Positions 24,046 to 37,676 of a DNA stretch of 64,000 bases are shown here, in pieces. The stretch is from Octopus bimaculoides (lineage: Eukaryota), in the NCBI RefSeq assembly GCF_001194135.2, contig NC_069006.1, positions 6,537,793 to 6,601,792 on the forward strand, written 5' to 3'. A program made the position numbers and the translations under genes. Position 1 is the first letter of the stretch; each line of letters begins with the position of its first letter. The notes beneath the pieces are model-generated. The model ran no database searches. It was given only the letters and a program-made list of their open reading frames with translations, and had not been told where the DNA came from.

Positions 24046-24871
24046 GGATGTATCGAATATTGGCATCAATAGGATTGACTACTTTAAGAAATATAAATAA
24101 TGAAACTGAAGGTGCCCAAGGATGGCAACAGTTCAATGAGTCAATTTAGTTAAAAATTAAAGAGTTTGAGAATTCTTGATTGTAAAACATCTTTGAGAAG
24201 ACAATAAGTCACTAACAGCAATATGAGAAGAGAGTTATGGTACAGGTGTTGACAGGAAACCCAAGGAACAGAGAAGAGAATAACAGAAGTGTGCTGTATA
24301 GAGAGAGTGGGGGCTATGGCAAAGCAATTCTGATCTTTATGGTTGAAAGAAAATAATTGCTCACTCTTTTTTGCATATTAATCATAAGACAGTAAGAGAG
24401 TAAAGTGAGGCTCCAAATGCATAGAGGGTTATTTTATTGTAGATACACCTTTAGCCTATGATAATTTTAAGATAATAATATTAATGATATTGATGAAGAT
24501 GAAGATTTATGATGAAAACATATTTCTAACTAGAAGCATAAACTGGAAGAACAAGAAAATATAAAAATTTTTTTAAATGTTACAAAAAACAAAAAATAAA
24601 TCTATTTTATTTGAGTTTTGTTTCCCAATTATTGACTTTTATTCTATGTATTGATGTAACTTTTGTAGAGAGAGAAAGAGAGAGGGAGTGGGGAGAGAAA
24701 TAACTCTAACTTTTGGGATTTAATGAACAAGGTTAAGTTAGAAAGGTTTTTTTTTTAATGTAATGACATCATATATTGCAATATTTTATTGAATAAGAAA
24801 ATTAACATAATTTCTAAAATATTATTTTCTTTTCATTTTATTCAAAAATTATTTTCCAGTTTCCTGATAAT

Positions 24872-25286
24872 AGGCATGGGCATGGCTGTGTTTAAGAAGT
24901 TTGCTTCCCAACCATGTGGTTCTCGGTTCAGTCTCATTGCATGGCACCTTGGGCAAGTGTCTTCTATTATAGCCTTGGGCCGACCAAAGCCTTGTGAGTG
25001 AATTTGGTAGACAGAAACTGAAAGGAGCCCTCATATATATGCGCACACACGTGCATGCACATATGTGTGTGTGTATGTCTTTGTCCCCCTCCACCACATG
25101 ACAATCAGCATTGGTATGTTTAAGTCCCCCCACCCCCGTTACTAGGCAGTTCAGCAAAAGAGACTGATCGAATAAGTACCAGGTTTAAAAAAGATAAAAG
25201 TACTGGGGTTGATTCACTCCAAGAAAATTCCTCAAGGCAGCACTGCAGCACAGCCACAATCTAATGGCTAAAACAAGTAAAAGATA
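24872..25286 (+). mobile_element. Full-length SINE family A with an internal (TG/CA)n tract
   Basis: tRNA-like head, internal microsatellite at ~25035-25075 and 3' body ending AAACAAGTAAAAGATA. Confidence 0.88.
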
Positions 25287-26900
25287 TTTCATTTCCATAT
25301 AATCTAACACAATCTAATCTACAAATGTGTGTCTTAATATAAATCATTAGACAATTATCCTCATATTTTGAGGTTCAACTTCCACAGCAATAACACATTT
25401 AAAAGATTGTTTCCATTTCCTCCTGCACAGACTCCTTTAATAAGGAGATTAATCTATTCGGCTTCCTTAAAAAAATGGTAGAAAAGTTTCATACATCAAC
25501 AGCAAAACAATATTTTCACCTCTGATCTACCATACCTTGAAAGAAATTCAACAGATTCTCCTACTTTGCTAAGATGAATCGTCTTAACATAATTGTAAAA
25601 CAAAACCCTTGTCATCCTTTATCATTGAATGGATGGAGGTGACACTCAGAAACCAAACAAAACTGGAAGAAAAGTAGTGTGATCAAATATGAGGCCACCA
25701 TGCCTCAAAGACTCAGTGAAATACAAGACTGACATGTTGTAAATTAATCCAACTTACTGCACCAAAATATGAACAGTAAACTGATATGATTATGTAGGAA
25801 ATTAATGATCTACAACAATATTATGTTGGATATTTCATGAAATTTAGTAAGAGAAAAATAATTAATGATAAATATTTAAGTAAAATATTTCTTTTTTAAA
25901 AATGGAAACTGATAATCTGGTGGTAGTGGCTGTGGTGGAGATTTAAAAATGTTGTTGTTGTTTGGTTTATAACTATTTTCCAGCTGTGACAGTGTCAGCT
26001 AGGTGGAATATATGAATGAGATTGGTGCCAATGACTGTCAGAATAAACATAGGATTCACTGAAAACAGTTTCACATTGTATTCTCTGTTTCAACTTTCTA
26101 TTGCTCTTGCCTTTCTGTGTATATTGTTCTTTTTTTCTTTTTCCTCTTCCTTCTTTTCCTTTTTTTTTTTTTTTTTTTACCATGTTATATCATCTTCCAA
26201 GCGAAACTAGAACTATATCTGTACTGACAAAATTTTGAGAATTCCAAGTGTTGGAAAGGGTACAGTGTTTATTACATGGATAGAAGAAAGTTTAACTGTA
26301 GCCAAGCCATTTTTTTAGACCCTTTGGGGCAATCCTTTGGAAGTGGTTGGTTATTATTGTTGCTGATTTGCCCTTGCTGCTACCTTGTATAGAAACAGTA
26401 ACAGTGTTGCTGTTATCATCATTGTTTTTGTTGTTACTTCATGGGTCGCTGCTCATGTTGTTGTTTTTGTCTTTGGCTACAACTTTCTATCTCAGTTTGC
26501 TTTTGTTTACATTTTGTCCACCAACTTTCAAATTTTTGTCTCCCTATTGTAACTTCTCACCACTGTCCATCAGTCACATGATCCCCCTCATTCATTTGAG
26601 ATATCTTACCCCACTCCCCTGCATATATATATATATATATGGTTTACTGTTTTGCTAAGGTAAGATCAACAGTACTATATCCAGTGAGAGAAAAATATCA
26701 TTTAATGTACACTGTATGAAAATAAGGGCTAGTAATAGTTTCATATCATTGACACGCATGGTTAAACAGATTTTTATAGTGTACCTTGTGTCTCCAAGCA
26801 AGGAGATGTAAGGTATGTTATAAAACCCTGCCTAGCCACGTGTCTTCATAGCAAGAAACTATTAGTAGCACATTCTTTAATACAGTGCACATTAAATTAC

Positions 26901-26933
<33 letters not shown>

Positions 26934-27636
26934 TATACACACATACACACACACATATATATATACATATACACACAGACATATATATATATATTCTGGG
27001 TCAAAATCTTATAGGCTGCTTTCCAAACCTCCTCTTTGAGTATTAGCTAATAAATGCTGATTGTGAGACTTTTTTGCTCACTGAATATACAAGTGGAAAT
27101 CCACAACGATGAATTAACCTCTTCAATCCTTCTTCTCATGTTAATATTATATATATATTTGTGGTGGTTGTCTACTCCTTATGCAGAGTTTGACCACCTC
27201 CTGTACCTACACCTTAGAACCATCATGGCATCTGATGTGGCTTTTTAAACCAGACAAATGTTTTGAAAAGACACCCACTGAGATTGCATATCCAATTTGG
27301 ACCACCAAGAGCTGCATATAAGTTCTGATTTTTGTGGATCTTAAAATGTCTTTTGAGGTCTCCATTATTATACACACACACAGAGTAGGGGTGGAAATGA
27401 GTGGATAATAGAAATTTTAAGAAAATAGAAAATTTCCCGAGAGAAAAGCAATGTAAATTCTTTCACTTTTTTTGTATGAAGAAGTGTAATGCACTGTTGG
27501 TCATATAAAACATCAAAATAGAAAAAAAAAAAAAGAAGAAGTTTTACAACAAATATTATTGATCGATAGAAATGAAACTTGAGAAAGAAACAGTACAGAT
27601 GGTTAATTAAAATGAAATGCTCTAATCTCAACTGAC

Positions 27637-27731
27637 CTCGTAAAAATTATGAAATTTCCTATTTGAATTTCGGCCAAATCAGAAGAAATATCAAAGACTC
27701 ACCTGAAAGGGAAAAAAAATTAGTTAACTTA
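27637..27731 (-). promoter_or_regulatory. Candidate recursive splice site (branch point, polypyrimidine tract, CAG|GTGAGT) with a 66-nt stop-containing cryptic exon
   Basis: The minus strand reads GTTAACTAAT-TTTTTTTCCCTTTCAG|GTGAGTC, with the junction at 27703/27702. A downstream donor CGAG|GTCAGT lies at 27637/27636. The 66-nt exon has stops in all three frames. Confidence 0.4.
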
Positions 27732-28159
27732 TNNNNNNNNNNNNNNNNNNNNNNNNNNNNNNNNNNNNNNNNNNNNNNNNNNNNNNNNNNNNNNNNNNNN
27801 NNNNNNNNNNNNNNNNNNNNNNNNNNNNNNNNNNNNNNNNNNNNNNNNNNNNNNNNNNNNNNNNNNNNNNNNNNNNNNNNNNNNNNNNNNNNNNNNNNNN
27901 NNNNNNNNNNNNNNNATTTCTGTTAGCCATAGATATTGTTATCTCAACAGAGAGAGAGATGAAATTATTGAGGAATCACTAGAAAAAGAAATCAATCAAT
28001 AAAGGAATAATATATATATATATTGAATCTTCCACATGAGATTATGGCAAGGAAAGAAATTTGAAAAATAAAAAATATCAGAAATTTAATACTTAGATAA
28101 TTACAACTTTAGATATAAGGCATGCAAAAAGAACCTTTCATTTTTTAAAAATGTATGTG

Positions 28160-28198
<39 letters not shown>

Positions 28199-29067
28199 AT
28201 ACATGTAACCTACTTGATATAAAGACATTTATTAATAAAGAAAATAATGTAACGTTACGTTTTTCTCTAACCATGATCTTTGTACTTGATTAATTTAGAA
28301 GAATATTAAATACATTTATGAAAAACTTTGAAGAAATGATTGTGTAACATTTAGTTCTTCACTGATTCAGTTTCTCTGCTCACATTCACCAATGTGGTTT
28401 CTTGAAATCAGATATTATTGCTGAAGGTTGAGCTTACCTGAGACACAGTTAGATAAGCTATGTATCTTTATCAAAATGATATTCATTAAAAAGCAGGGAA
28501 TATATAAATATAAATAACATCAATATATTTCTAAATGTGTAAAATGTATTTGAACAATTAGGAAAGACAGTAGTTAATGTGAAAAAAGATAATAAAATCT
28601 TCTACACTAGGACAATAGCCAAACAGGTGAGATGAAGATTTTTTCTTAAAATATCTTTAAAATATGGAAAAAAGAAAGAAGAAAGGAAGTTTAAGCAATG
28701 ATAAGAAAAAGAATGCATAAAATTTGCATATTAATTTAATTAGATTAAATTCCTAGGCAAATATATTTCAAAGCAAAAATTTGAAAAGAAAAATATGAAT
28801 AGCTAATCAATTTAAATTAGTTTTAAGCCAGTGCCTGGCCCACAGAACAGAGTGTTGTGATTTTTAGCAATATTGATTTCATACATAAGCACCAGGCTTC
28901 AGACATTAGATGAAAGGAGGGTGGATTCTATAACATTCTTGTCTGTTTTAAAGGCATAAGCAACTTAAATGATGTGAAACGGCTCCAACCAGGAATTGAA
29001 AGATGGGAGCTTAACTTTTCAGTGCTTGACAATATTTATACAATTTTTCTGAAAACTGTTTTATTAG

Positions 29068-29166
29068 CTAGATATTGCAGAAAGTTTGTCTGAATGGACA
29101 ATGCTGGAAGATGGCGCTGAGAAAAATGAAAGAAAGAAAGAAAGAAAGAAATGCAGAAAGAAGTAA
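29068..29166 (+). CDS. Candidate terminal exon, LDIAESLSEWTMLEDGAEKNERKKERKKCRKK*
   Basis: Preceded by TTTTTCTGAAAACTGTTTTATTAG and open for 32 codons. Part of the basic tail is a (GAAA)n repeat. No homology recognised. Confidence 0.2.
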   Translation, partial: LDIAESLSEWTMLEDGAEKNERKKERKKCRKK

Positions 29167-30301
29167 AGAAAAAGTGAAGAAAACTACTGTTCTTTGGTGT
29201 GAGAAGAAAAAAGATGTGACTAGTTTTAAAGTGAGCTATACAAGACGTTTGCTGCATGGTGAAATAGAGGAAGCAAGCTGTAAAAAGCAGCAGATAAAAT
29301 AATAATTTTAATAAGAAAAGACCTGGGGGCAATGATAGCTGAAAAAGTACTTTGGATATTAGCCACAAAGAATAAAGGTACTGATTTTTTTTACAGACTA
29401 TTTTTGAAGTTTGCTATTTTCAATGAATACATAATTTCTTTCTTCAAACTTAAAAATAATATTATAAAATGGTATGGATTCATAAACCTTTTGGTGTCTT
29501 ATAATAAATACATGCTCCTCCTAAACAACTGTCTTTGAGCAGAATATTACATTTCAATGGTGCTTTACAAATATCAAATAGTGGTAGAAATATTAGCTAC
29601 AAATTTAAGTTGACTCCTTTCACCACTTGCAGCTCTAATGTTCAACTGCCATGGATTTCACAAACATCCTCAAAGCAATTAATGTCAGTCACAGTGATTC
29701 ATCTCTGCTTTGTAGATTCACTGCTCACATACTGCAAGGGGGAGCAGGTGCAATGTTTCATAGCAGTTAAAATAAAAATTACCCCAGTCTGTTTATTTGA
29801 TATCCTCTTAAAGCAAACTTTACACTCGCAGCTTTCTTTAGAAATACTTCATTAAGCAATTCCAGTTTTACAATTTTTTTCATTTCAAATTACATTATCT
29901 CACTATCCTGTCAATTAATGATTGGTAAGTGAGAAAAGTGTTACTGAACACTGGTTAAAGGGGCTTTTAACAATAAAAAGCCAGCTCAACTTTCTTCACT
30001 AAATAGTTGATATCTTAGAGAAGAAAGATTGTTTCCAATTCTAGCCTTATTTTGTTTAAATTTACATACAATTTCTGCTATTTGAAATATTCAATTTAAA
30101 ACACTGCAATGAGAGTTAAAATTCAGAGGGGCTGGTGGCAGATGCAATCGTAAAAGATTGATTATAATTAACTTAATTTATTTTTATCCCTAAACTTGCT
30201 GCTATCGCATTTCAAATATTCCAAAAAGCTTTTAATCAATTCAAGAGGGTGAAAACTGCTAATTCTTCAACAAGTTCTAATTCTAGTTTCATTTATCTTA
30301 C

Positions 30302-30359
30302 CTGAAGCTTTCTCTGCCCAACCCCATTTTTAATGTTTTGGTTGAGAATAAATTTGAAA
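30302..30359 (-). other. Exon-like unit (58 nt)
   Basis: Strong CAG|GTAAGA donor and a weaker TTTACATTAG acceptor. Two frames are open. Confidence 0.25.
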
Positions 30360-31318
30360 CTAATGTAAATACATTTGTGAAGTGAACATTACTACAAGTG
30401 TCCAGCAGCAAACAGGTTCATGGTGTTGTTTTGTTGTTTCATCTTGAAGCTAGTTAACATATTAATTGAAAAGAAAATGGCCATCTAATAAAAATGTAAA
30501 TAAATCACACATGCTGTTCTTGCAGATTTGTAAGAAAATATAGATGTAAAATGCTTACTGTGGCCAAAAGATGAATGCAAATGAAAAGAACAACAATTAA
30601 ATGGAATTAATACAAGATTTCCAAATACGTGATTAAAATACTTTCAATATGTAGAACAGATAAGATATTTTGATGCTGATTACTATTCAGAATAAAGAAG
30701 AGAAAGATATAAAGTTATGAATATAAGAGTTCTTCAGGAAACAGACAAAGATAAGGATCCATTATTTGGAATAAAGTTCTTTATTTTCCAATTTTTTTGT
30801 TTTATTTTGTTTGCGGTAGGAAACGTGTGTTTGAAAATTTTCCAATAAAATCTCAAATACAATTTGTTTTCCACTGGAGAACAAGAAAGAAAAGAAGAAA
30901 AAGAATACAGAAAATGCACACACAACCAATTTTTCAAACACTAACAATGCTATTGGTGGTTCCTTCAACATTTTATTAGTTTTGTCTACAATCAAAACTT
31001 CTTAGCTTTTAGATTCCTCTTGATTTTTACATATCTTCACAAAACATTCTCTGCAAATTCAAAATATTCCAAAACCAAAATATTCCAATCTGCAGTTTTT
31101 GTTTTATGCTTTTTTAACACTTTTCTTTTATGTCTTCCTTTCATGGACTGCATTTCCCTTTCTTTTAAAGAAATGGTTTAACAGTACAACATTAATGATA
31201 TACATTCAACAGCAACAACTTTCAGTTCAAACAGAGCTTTTCCTGTTATTCAAAACTAAACAGATTAAAATTCTCAACTAACTTTTCATCACATGCACAC
31301 ATGTGCACACACACACAC

Positions 31319-31373
<55 letters not shown>

Positions 31374-31657
31374 CATTATTAGTAGCTGAAGTTTCTTGCC
31401 TCATAACTCTGAGTTACTCATTTCCAACTGTTCAAATGCTTGAGTGAACAATCAAATAGGTTAACTCCAGAGTTATGCAATGGAAAACTAACACTTATAA
31501 TTCCAGAAGATACACTTAATTAAATATTCACACTCTAATTTAATTAGAAGTACTTTTACCTCGAATGTAAACACAAACATTAACCAATCGATATGCATGC
31601 ATATAATTGATGCATCTAAACTCAACTACCGTGAGTCTGTTATTGCTTCAAGGTTAA

Positions 31658-31855
31658 CCCTTTGCCTGTCCAAAGTATTTTTATAAGTCTGTCCTAAACA
31701 GCTTTGCTTGTTTCAGACATTTTAGTCAGCCCTAGTTTCAAACGTTCTGAGTAATATAAAGCTTTCCTTTCCTAAGTGCAAAGCTACTCTGGTAGCTGAA
31801 AAAAAAAATGAGAATGTGTATCAATCACATGTGATGCACAGGACAGGCAAAAGGG
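31658..31855. mobile_element. piggyBac-type MITE, family 2 (198 bp)
   Basis: TTAA at 31654-31657 and 31856-31859. Termini are CCCTTTGCCTGTCC...GGACAGGCAAAAGGG. Confidence 0.85.
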
Positions 31856-32112
31856 TTAAGCAGAAAGTACGGCAATATTTTATGTAATGTTTCACCAGTC
31901 TGAGTTTGAACTCACCTAAACTTGACTGCTGTCTTTCATGGTGGTGGTGGTGGTGGTGGTGGTGGTGGTGGTGGAGGTGAGTCAACGCAAATAACTGCCT
32001 GTAAGAAAATACTGGGAGCTAACTAAGTTCTTTCTGCACCTTCTGATACAAAAAAATTGATTTTGTGCCCGNNNNNNNNNNNNNNNNNNNNNNNNNNNNN
32101 NNNNNNNNNNNN

Positions 32113-32148
<36 letters not shown>

Positions 32149-32169
32149 CGATAGATAGATAGATAGATC

Positions 32170-32212
<43 letters not shown>
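32113..32212. repeat. (AGAT)n microsatellite adjoining an assembly gap
   Basis: Direct reading. Confidence 0.95.
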
Positions 32213-32213
<1 letters not shown>

Positions 32214-32269
32214 CACGCATACATGTGTGTGCAATTACATAGTGTATGTATATGTATATATACACGCAT

Positions 32270-32328
<59 letters not shown>

Positions 32329-33204
32329 TACATATATGTATGAGTAATTACATGGTGTATGTACATGTACACATACACACACACACACACACACAAATAT
32401 AAAACATATGCATTGCATCCTTCTGAATATAACACAACCGAAGCTATTTCTGCTAGCCATAACAGTACTTTAATATATCATTTCTGCATATATTTAGATA
32501 CTGTTTCTTACTAATCATTGAATACATCCAGAAAAGACTTGTCCTAGTTTCACTAATGAACTGTAATAACAGAGAAGCCACAAAGCCATCCAGTCACCAC
32601 TAAATCTCTAAATATATCTTTAAACTTATTTCGGTAGAATGTTTCCTGTAACCTGAGATTACAGTGGAGAGAATCACCTTCACCATTTTCATGTTGGCAG
32701 GAGTGGGATTGAAGTACAGCATGTCATGTTGCTTTTCATTTTGATCCAGTGTTAACCCATTTGGAAAACCTAATGTTCTCAAGATCTAACTTAACAACCT
32801 CTTTGCATGTCTTCTCTCATCTTTTTCTGTAATTGCTGCTGGCCATCATCAGTTTGCTCCACCGTTTTCTCTATTCCCAACGGACGTCATCCATTTGCAC
32901 TACATTTCTATATCTGTACAATTCTCTCTCTTCTACCCACAAGGGTAAATGCTTTAATGTCTTTTACTGCCCAATCCGCATTCCACTCTCATCCTTTCTC
33001 TCTTGCCTCCACAGATCTCTAACTCATGACCACGGCCCACTATCATGTAGCACCTTGTAATACAAACCCTTTTCCTCTTGAATAGAGGGAGAGAAAGAGA
33101 GAGGTTCTCTGAACTTTTAATCCCTTCTCCTTTATTGCCCTGGCTGCCAAACTTCTGCTAGAATTTTCATCGGTACTAAATGTATGTTGCCTGTGTAATA
33201 GAAA

Positions 33205-33385
33205 TCATCATCATCGTCAATTAACATCTCTTTGCCATGCAGGCATGGGTTGGGCAGTTTGACAGGATCTGTTGAGTCACAGGGCTGCTTCATGTCCCAT
33301 GTCAGATTTGACATGGTTTGTATAGTTGGATGCCCTTCGTTTCACAGTGAGTACTGGGTGCCTTTTTTCATGCCACCCGCATTAG
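33205..33385 (-). mobile_element. RTE LINE 3' UTR fragment
   Basis: Similar to 8532-8720 and 39553-39789. Confidence 0.7.
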
Positions 33386-34091
33386 TGGGGTGGCCAAGTA
33401 ACTTGAAAGACAAGAAAAGGAAAAGAGAAAAGGGGGAAAAGGAAAAGAGAAAAGGGGGAAAAGGAAAAGTCCTCTTGGCCAAGTGGGAGGAAGGGAGTAG
33501 TTGGAAGAGTGGAGCTGTGGCTTTCTGCCAGGGGCAGGCAGAGGTGACTTGCTATAGAGAAGATACATGGCTACCCAGCATTCTGAAACAGTTCTAGTGA
33601 ACAATGTGGGTTTTATTCCACAGGTTATTATTTATTCCTATAGATTAGAAACAGTTTAAGTTCTAGACAGTTGTTACTCTGCCAGAGATGTGTTTTGTGA
33701 ACCAATATTTTGTACAGTTCAAAACACTAAGTTCTCATAGTTTTTTGTTGTTGATGTTGTTGTTGTTTTTTTTTTCAATGTAACGGTCAAAGCCACCTTC
33801 CATATGTTTTTACAAGTTCATGTTTTGTTACTAACTTTGGCTGTTTTCATGTTGACCATAATACTTTTTATTAGTCAATTCTTCCAAGTTTGGACATTTT
33901 TCTGTAGTTCTTTTGATCGATTATTCAATGAGAACCAAATCATAGGAATATACAATGTGATATCAACCGCTGCCACCACCACCACTACACATACACACAC
34001 GCAAACTAATATTATAACTTAAAAACTTTTGTCATGCTCCCAAGCCAGTCCAACACCAGACTATGTATTATCAATCAACATTTGCACTTAC

Positions 34092-34180
34092 AATAATAGA
34101 AACTCCTGCTATTCTAGAAATTTCTCTTGCTACTGATCTATGACACTTTATACAACGATTCTGTATATCATCTATGAAAC
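34092..34180 (-). CDS. Candidate 89-nt internal exon, (G)FIDDIQNRCIKCHRSVAREISRIAGVSII
   Basis: TTAAC...CCTGATATTCTTAG acceptor and ATT|GTAAGT donor. Only the phase 1 to phase 0 frame is open. Protein not recognised. Confidence 0.4.
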
Positions 34181-34750
34181 CTAAGAATATCAGGTTAACA
34201 CTTATAAAGCTTTGTATTCTAAAGAAAAAAAAAGCATTAATGTTTTTTTTCTATTTTGTTGTCCTGATGTCCAGTATCTACAATAGAATATTAACATATA
34301 CTGAAACGAAATGATTATATATATATNNNNNNNNNNNNNNNNNNNNNNNNNNNNNNNNNNNNNNNNNNNNNNNNNNNNNNNNNNNNNNNNNNNNNNNNNN
34401 NNNNNNNNNNNNNNNNNNNNNNNNNNNNNNNNNNNNNNNNNNNNNNNNNNNNNNNNNNNNNNNNNNNNNNNNNNNNNNNNNNNNNNNNNNNNNNNNNNNN
34501 NNNNNNNNNNNNNNNNNNNNNNNNNNNNNNNNNNNNNNNNNNNNNNNNNNNNNNNNNNNNNNNNNNNNNNNNNNNNNNNNNNNNNNNNNNNNNNNNNNNN
34601 NNNNNNNNNNNNNNNNNNNNNNNNNNNNNNNNCTGACTCAACCAAAATAAAATATTATTAATCTCTAGTATGGTACCAAGTACTTTCTCTTCTGACAATC
34701 AACACTTAATGTGTTTGTGTGGGGGTGTTATGTGCACACACACACACACA

Positions 34751-34950
34751 CACACACACACCAGTATTGGTGCCATATAAAAAGTACCTAATACACTCTG
34801 TGAAGTGGTTGGCATTAGGAAGAGCACCCAGCTGTAGAGGCCAAGTCAAAACAGACTATGGAACCTGGTGTAGCCCCTGGCCTTGCCAGCTGCGCCAAGA
34901 CACCCAGCACATGTCGACATGGAAAACAGACATTAAATGATGATGATGAT
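34751..34950 (+). mobile_element. RTE LINE 3' UTR fragment with a (GAT)n tail
   Basis: Reverse complement of the 39553-type tail, ending ACATTAAATGATGATGATGATGAT. Confidence 0.7.
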
Positions 34951-35383
34951 GATACATACATGTACATACATATATGACAGTAGAAAAGTTGATTTCTTCC
35001 TTCTACGTATTTCTCATTATATGAATTTTATATATATATATTTTTGAGACAAAATATTTGAACTGCAAATAAAGAGTAGATTATAGTGCAAAAACAACCT
35101 GTAAGAAAAGAAAAATAATCTGTTTGTCCCTTTTTAAAAACTAAAGAAAAAAATACAAATTGATTATGGAACAAATAAAGAGCAGGAATATTTTAATCTA
35201 TCCCCAAATCCATTTAAAAAAAACAAAAAGACTTTCAAATTGTTCAGTACTCAAAATAGTAGACCATAAACCATGTCTTTCAGTGGTGGTGGTGGGGGTT
35301 TAGAAGATTGTAAAAGAAAGAACAAGAAATGACTTTATTTGCAAAAGAAACTGTGCAGTGATTCGTAAACAAAAATAACATAC

Positions 35384-35411
35384 TGCTCCATGAAAATAAA
35401 TCCTATCACAT
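35384..35411 (-). other. Exon-like unit (28 nt)
   Basis: Long pyrimidine tract TTTTTTATTCATATTTTGTTTTTTTCCAG and a GCA|GTATGT donor. Confidence 0.35.
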
Positions 35412-36566
35412 CTGGAAAAAAACAAAATATGAATAAAAAAGCTTTCAAACTCATAATTATTTTTGGCACAATTTTTTTTCTTCTTCCAAACTGTCAATTT
35501 GGAATTTGAAATGGTGCCTATTCATGTCAATGAAGAAATTCTAACTGAAAGAATTTAAATGAAAGCATGTAAATAAAAGAACATGAAAAATGTGGAAATT
35601 AGAATCATTTGCATTTATTTCAACAACATCAACATGTGTTTGATCCTTGGCAGTAAAAAAACATAAATAAATAACTGAAAAGTAAAAAAGAAAAGAAAAA
35701 TATTAAAGAAAAAAAAAACTACCTTTGTCTTCTTGCTAAGAAAAGAAGTAAAAGAAAAAATACTTAAAGAATCTAAAATTAAATGGTTAAATTTTTGTTC
35801 TGCCATAAAAGAAAATATCTCCCTTCCCCACCACCAGCTTTACCAAACTTATTCTGCTGTTGCCTCCTTATTAACAACTTTCAAACCTTTCATTCTGCCC
35901 TCCTCCCTGCCCCACCTTTTAATTAAAGGTTTTAAAGAGTAAACCCACACTCTAACATTTGCCTAATTCCTATCTCTGTTCTTGTAATGAATGTTCCGAA
36001 TAACTGTATCTAGCCTGAAGGGAACAGAATCTTTGCTGGAGGAAATACAAGTTTTCCTCAATCAATGGATGTTGTTTTTAATTTATACAAAATCCAAGAA
36101 AGGATTTTCACATCAATGCTAAGCTTTAAACTCTATTAATTGCAACACAAAATATTAAAAACGATAAGAAAAAAAAAGAAAACAAGAGAAGAGTAAATCT
36201 ATCCAAATTTATAGATTTCAATGGGAAATAATTTTAAAAGGTTCTATTTTTTAAAAATTTATTTTAAATCTTTAAAATATAGACAGGCTGAACTGGATTT
36301 AAAGAATGTTAAAAGCATTTCCAAACATTTTGAAAATATAAAACTGATAACTTCCTTAAAGAAATAAAGAAAATGATAAAGTAAATAACAATATAAGAAT
36401 ATTCTTCACGTTTATATACTTATTGAACAACTTCCAAATTTGCTTCAACTAAATTATCAATAAAAAACACACAAAACAAACAATATTCATCAATTTCTAT
36501 AGAGTTATTTAAATATATTTCTTAAAAACCATCTTCTGTTGAACACAGTGAAATGAATGCAAGTTG

Positions 36567-36599
<33 letters not shown>

Positions 36600-36715
36600 T
36601 ACATTTCATTGCAGCAGTATATTCTAATAGACTTGAACCTGTAACCTGTTTCTAAATTCCAGTTAAATGCATCACTTATTGGTTTTTGGAATCAGATGCA
36701 AATATTTTAACTTAC

Positions 36716-36784
36716 CATTTTAATTATGAAATACATCCATTAATCTGTTAGTTAATTTAGTGTAGATTAATATTAATACAGCAA
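36716..36784 (-). other. Exon-like unit (69 nt) with stops in all frames, ending in AAAATG
   Basis: CTTTCTTTTTGCTCATTTGCCAATCATTTTACAG acceptor and ATG|GTAAGT donor. Confidence 0.35.
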
Positions 36785-37676
36785 CTGTAAAATGATTGGC
36801 AAATGAGCAAAAAGAAAGCATAGTATTGTCCAGTCTTGCCAGGATTATTCAACCACTCTAGTGTTGGTGCCACAAAAGAAAATATACCTAAAACACTGTG
36901 TAAAGTGGTTGGTAATAGAAAAGTCATCCACTCATGGAAACCATGCCAAATGACACACAAACACACACATAAATACTAGTCCTATGAGAGAAAGCACCTC
37001 CAAATAAGAAATGACTTGGACCATAACGACCAGGCCAAAATGGGCAGTGGACGGAAGCATGAATTGTTTTTTTTGGTGGGGGGAGGGGGAAATTACATCA
37101 ACCCGAGTACCCAACTGATACTTATTTTATCAGCAGAATTGAACTCAGGACATAAAGAAAGACAAAATGCTAGTAAGCATTTTGTCCAGCATGCTAATGA
37201 TTCTGCCAGCTCACAACATTAATGAGGATGATAATGATGACTATTATCAATAAACAGAAGAGAAAACTCTGGCTATTGTTAATTTACTCACGTTTACAAA
37301 GAAAGTTAAGTATTTAAGGTAATGGGCCGAAGGTCAATTGTTTGAATTTTACATTAGACATTACGTCCTGTTTTCTCGATTCTACTTAATTTAAATCAAA
37401 AACTCTTGTTCTCTAGTGTAGTGGCCAAGGTCACCTTGTTTGCCTTTACTGCAATCACAAACTAAACCTTCAAGTTTACTAAAACAGCCCAAACAGAAAT
37501 TAACTGAAACAAGTCTTGGTGACATATCAAACATTACACATTGAATCTCAAACAGAAACTGATACCTTTGTAACAAACTACCACACTAACTTTCCCCTTT
37601 TTGATAGTCCCACATAATTTCAGACCAAACTGAAGTTGGACATATCTGATTAAATGGGTGCTAAAGGTACTCTCAC

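Noticed and set aside
26780-26812. 33-nt micro-exon candidate with an AAG|GTATGT donor
   Set aside because: The acceptor tract is short, there are no partner exons, and such sites are expected by chance.
34130-34160. CIKCH (CXXCH haem-c motif) in the candidate exon
   Set aside because: A five-residue motif in a putative nuclear exon with no cytochrome c context is likely coincidental.
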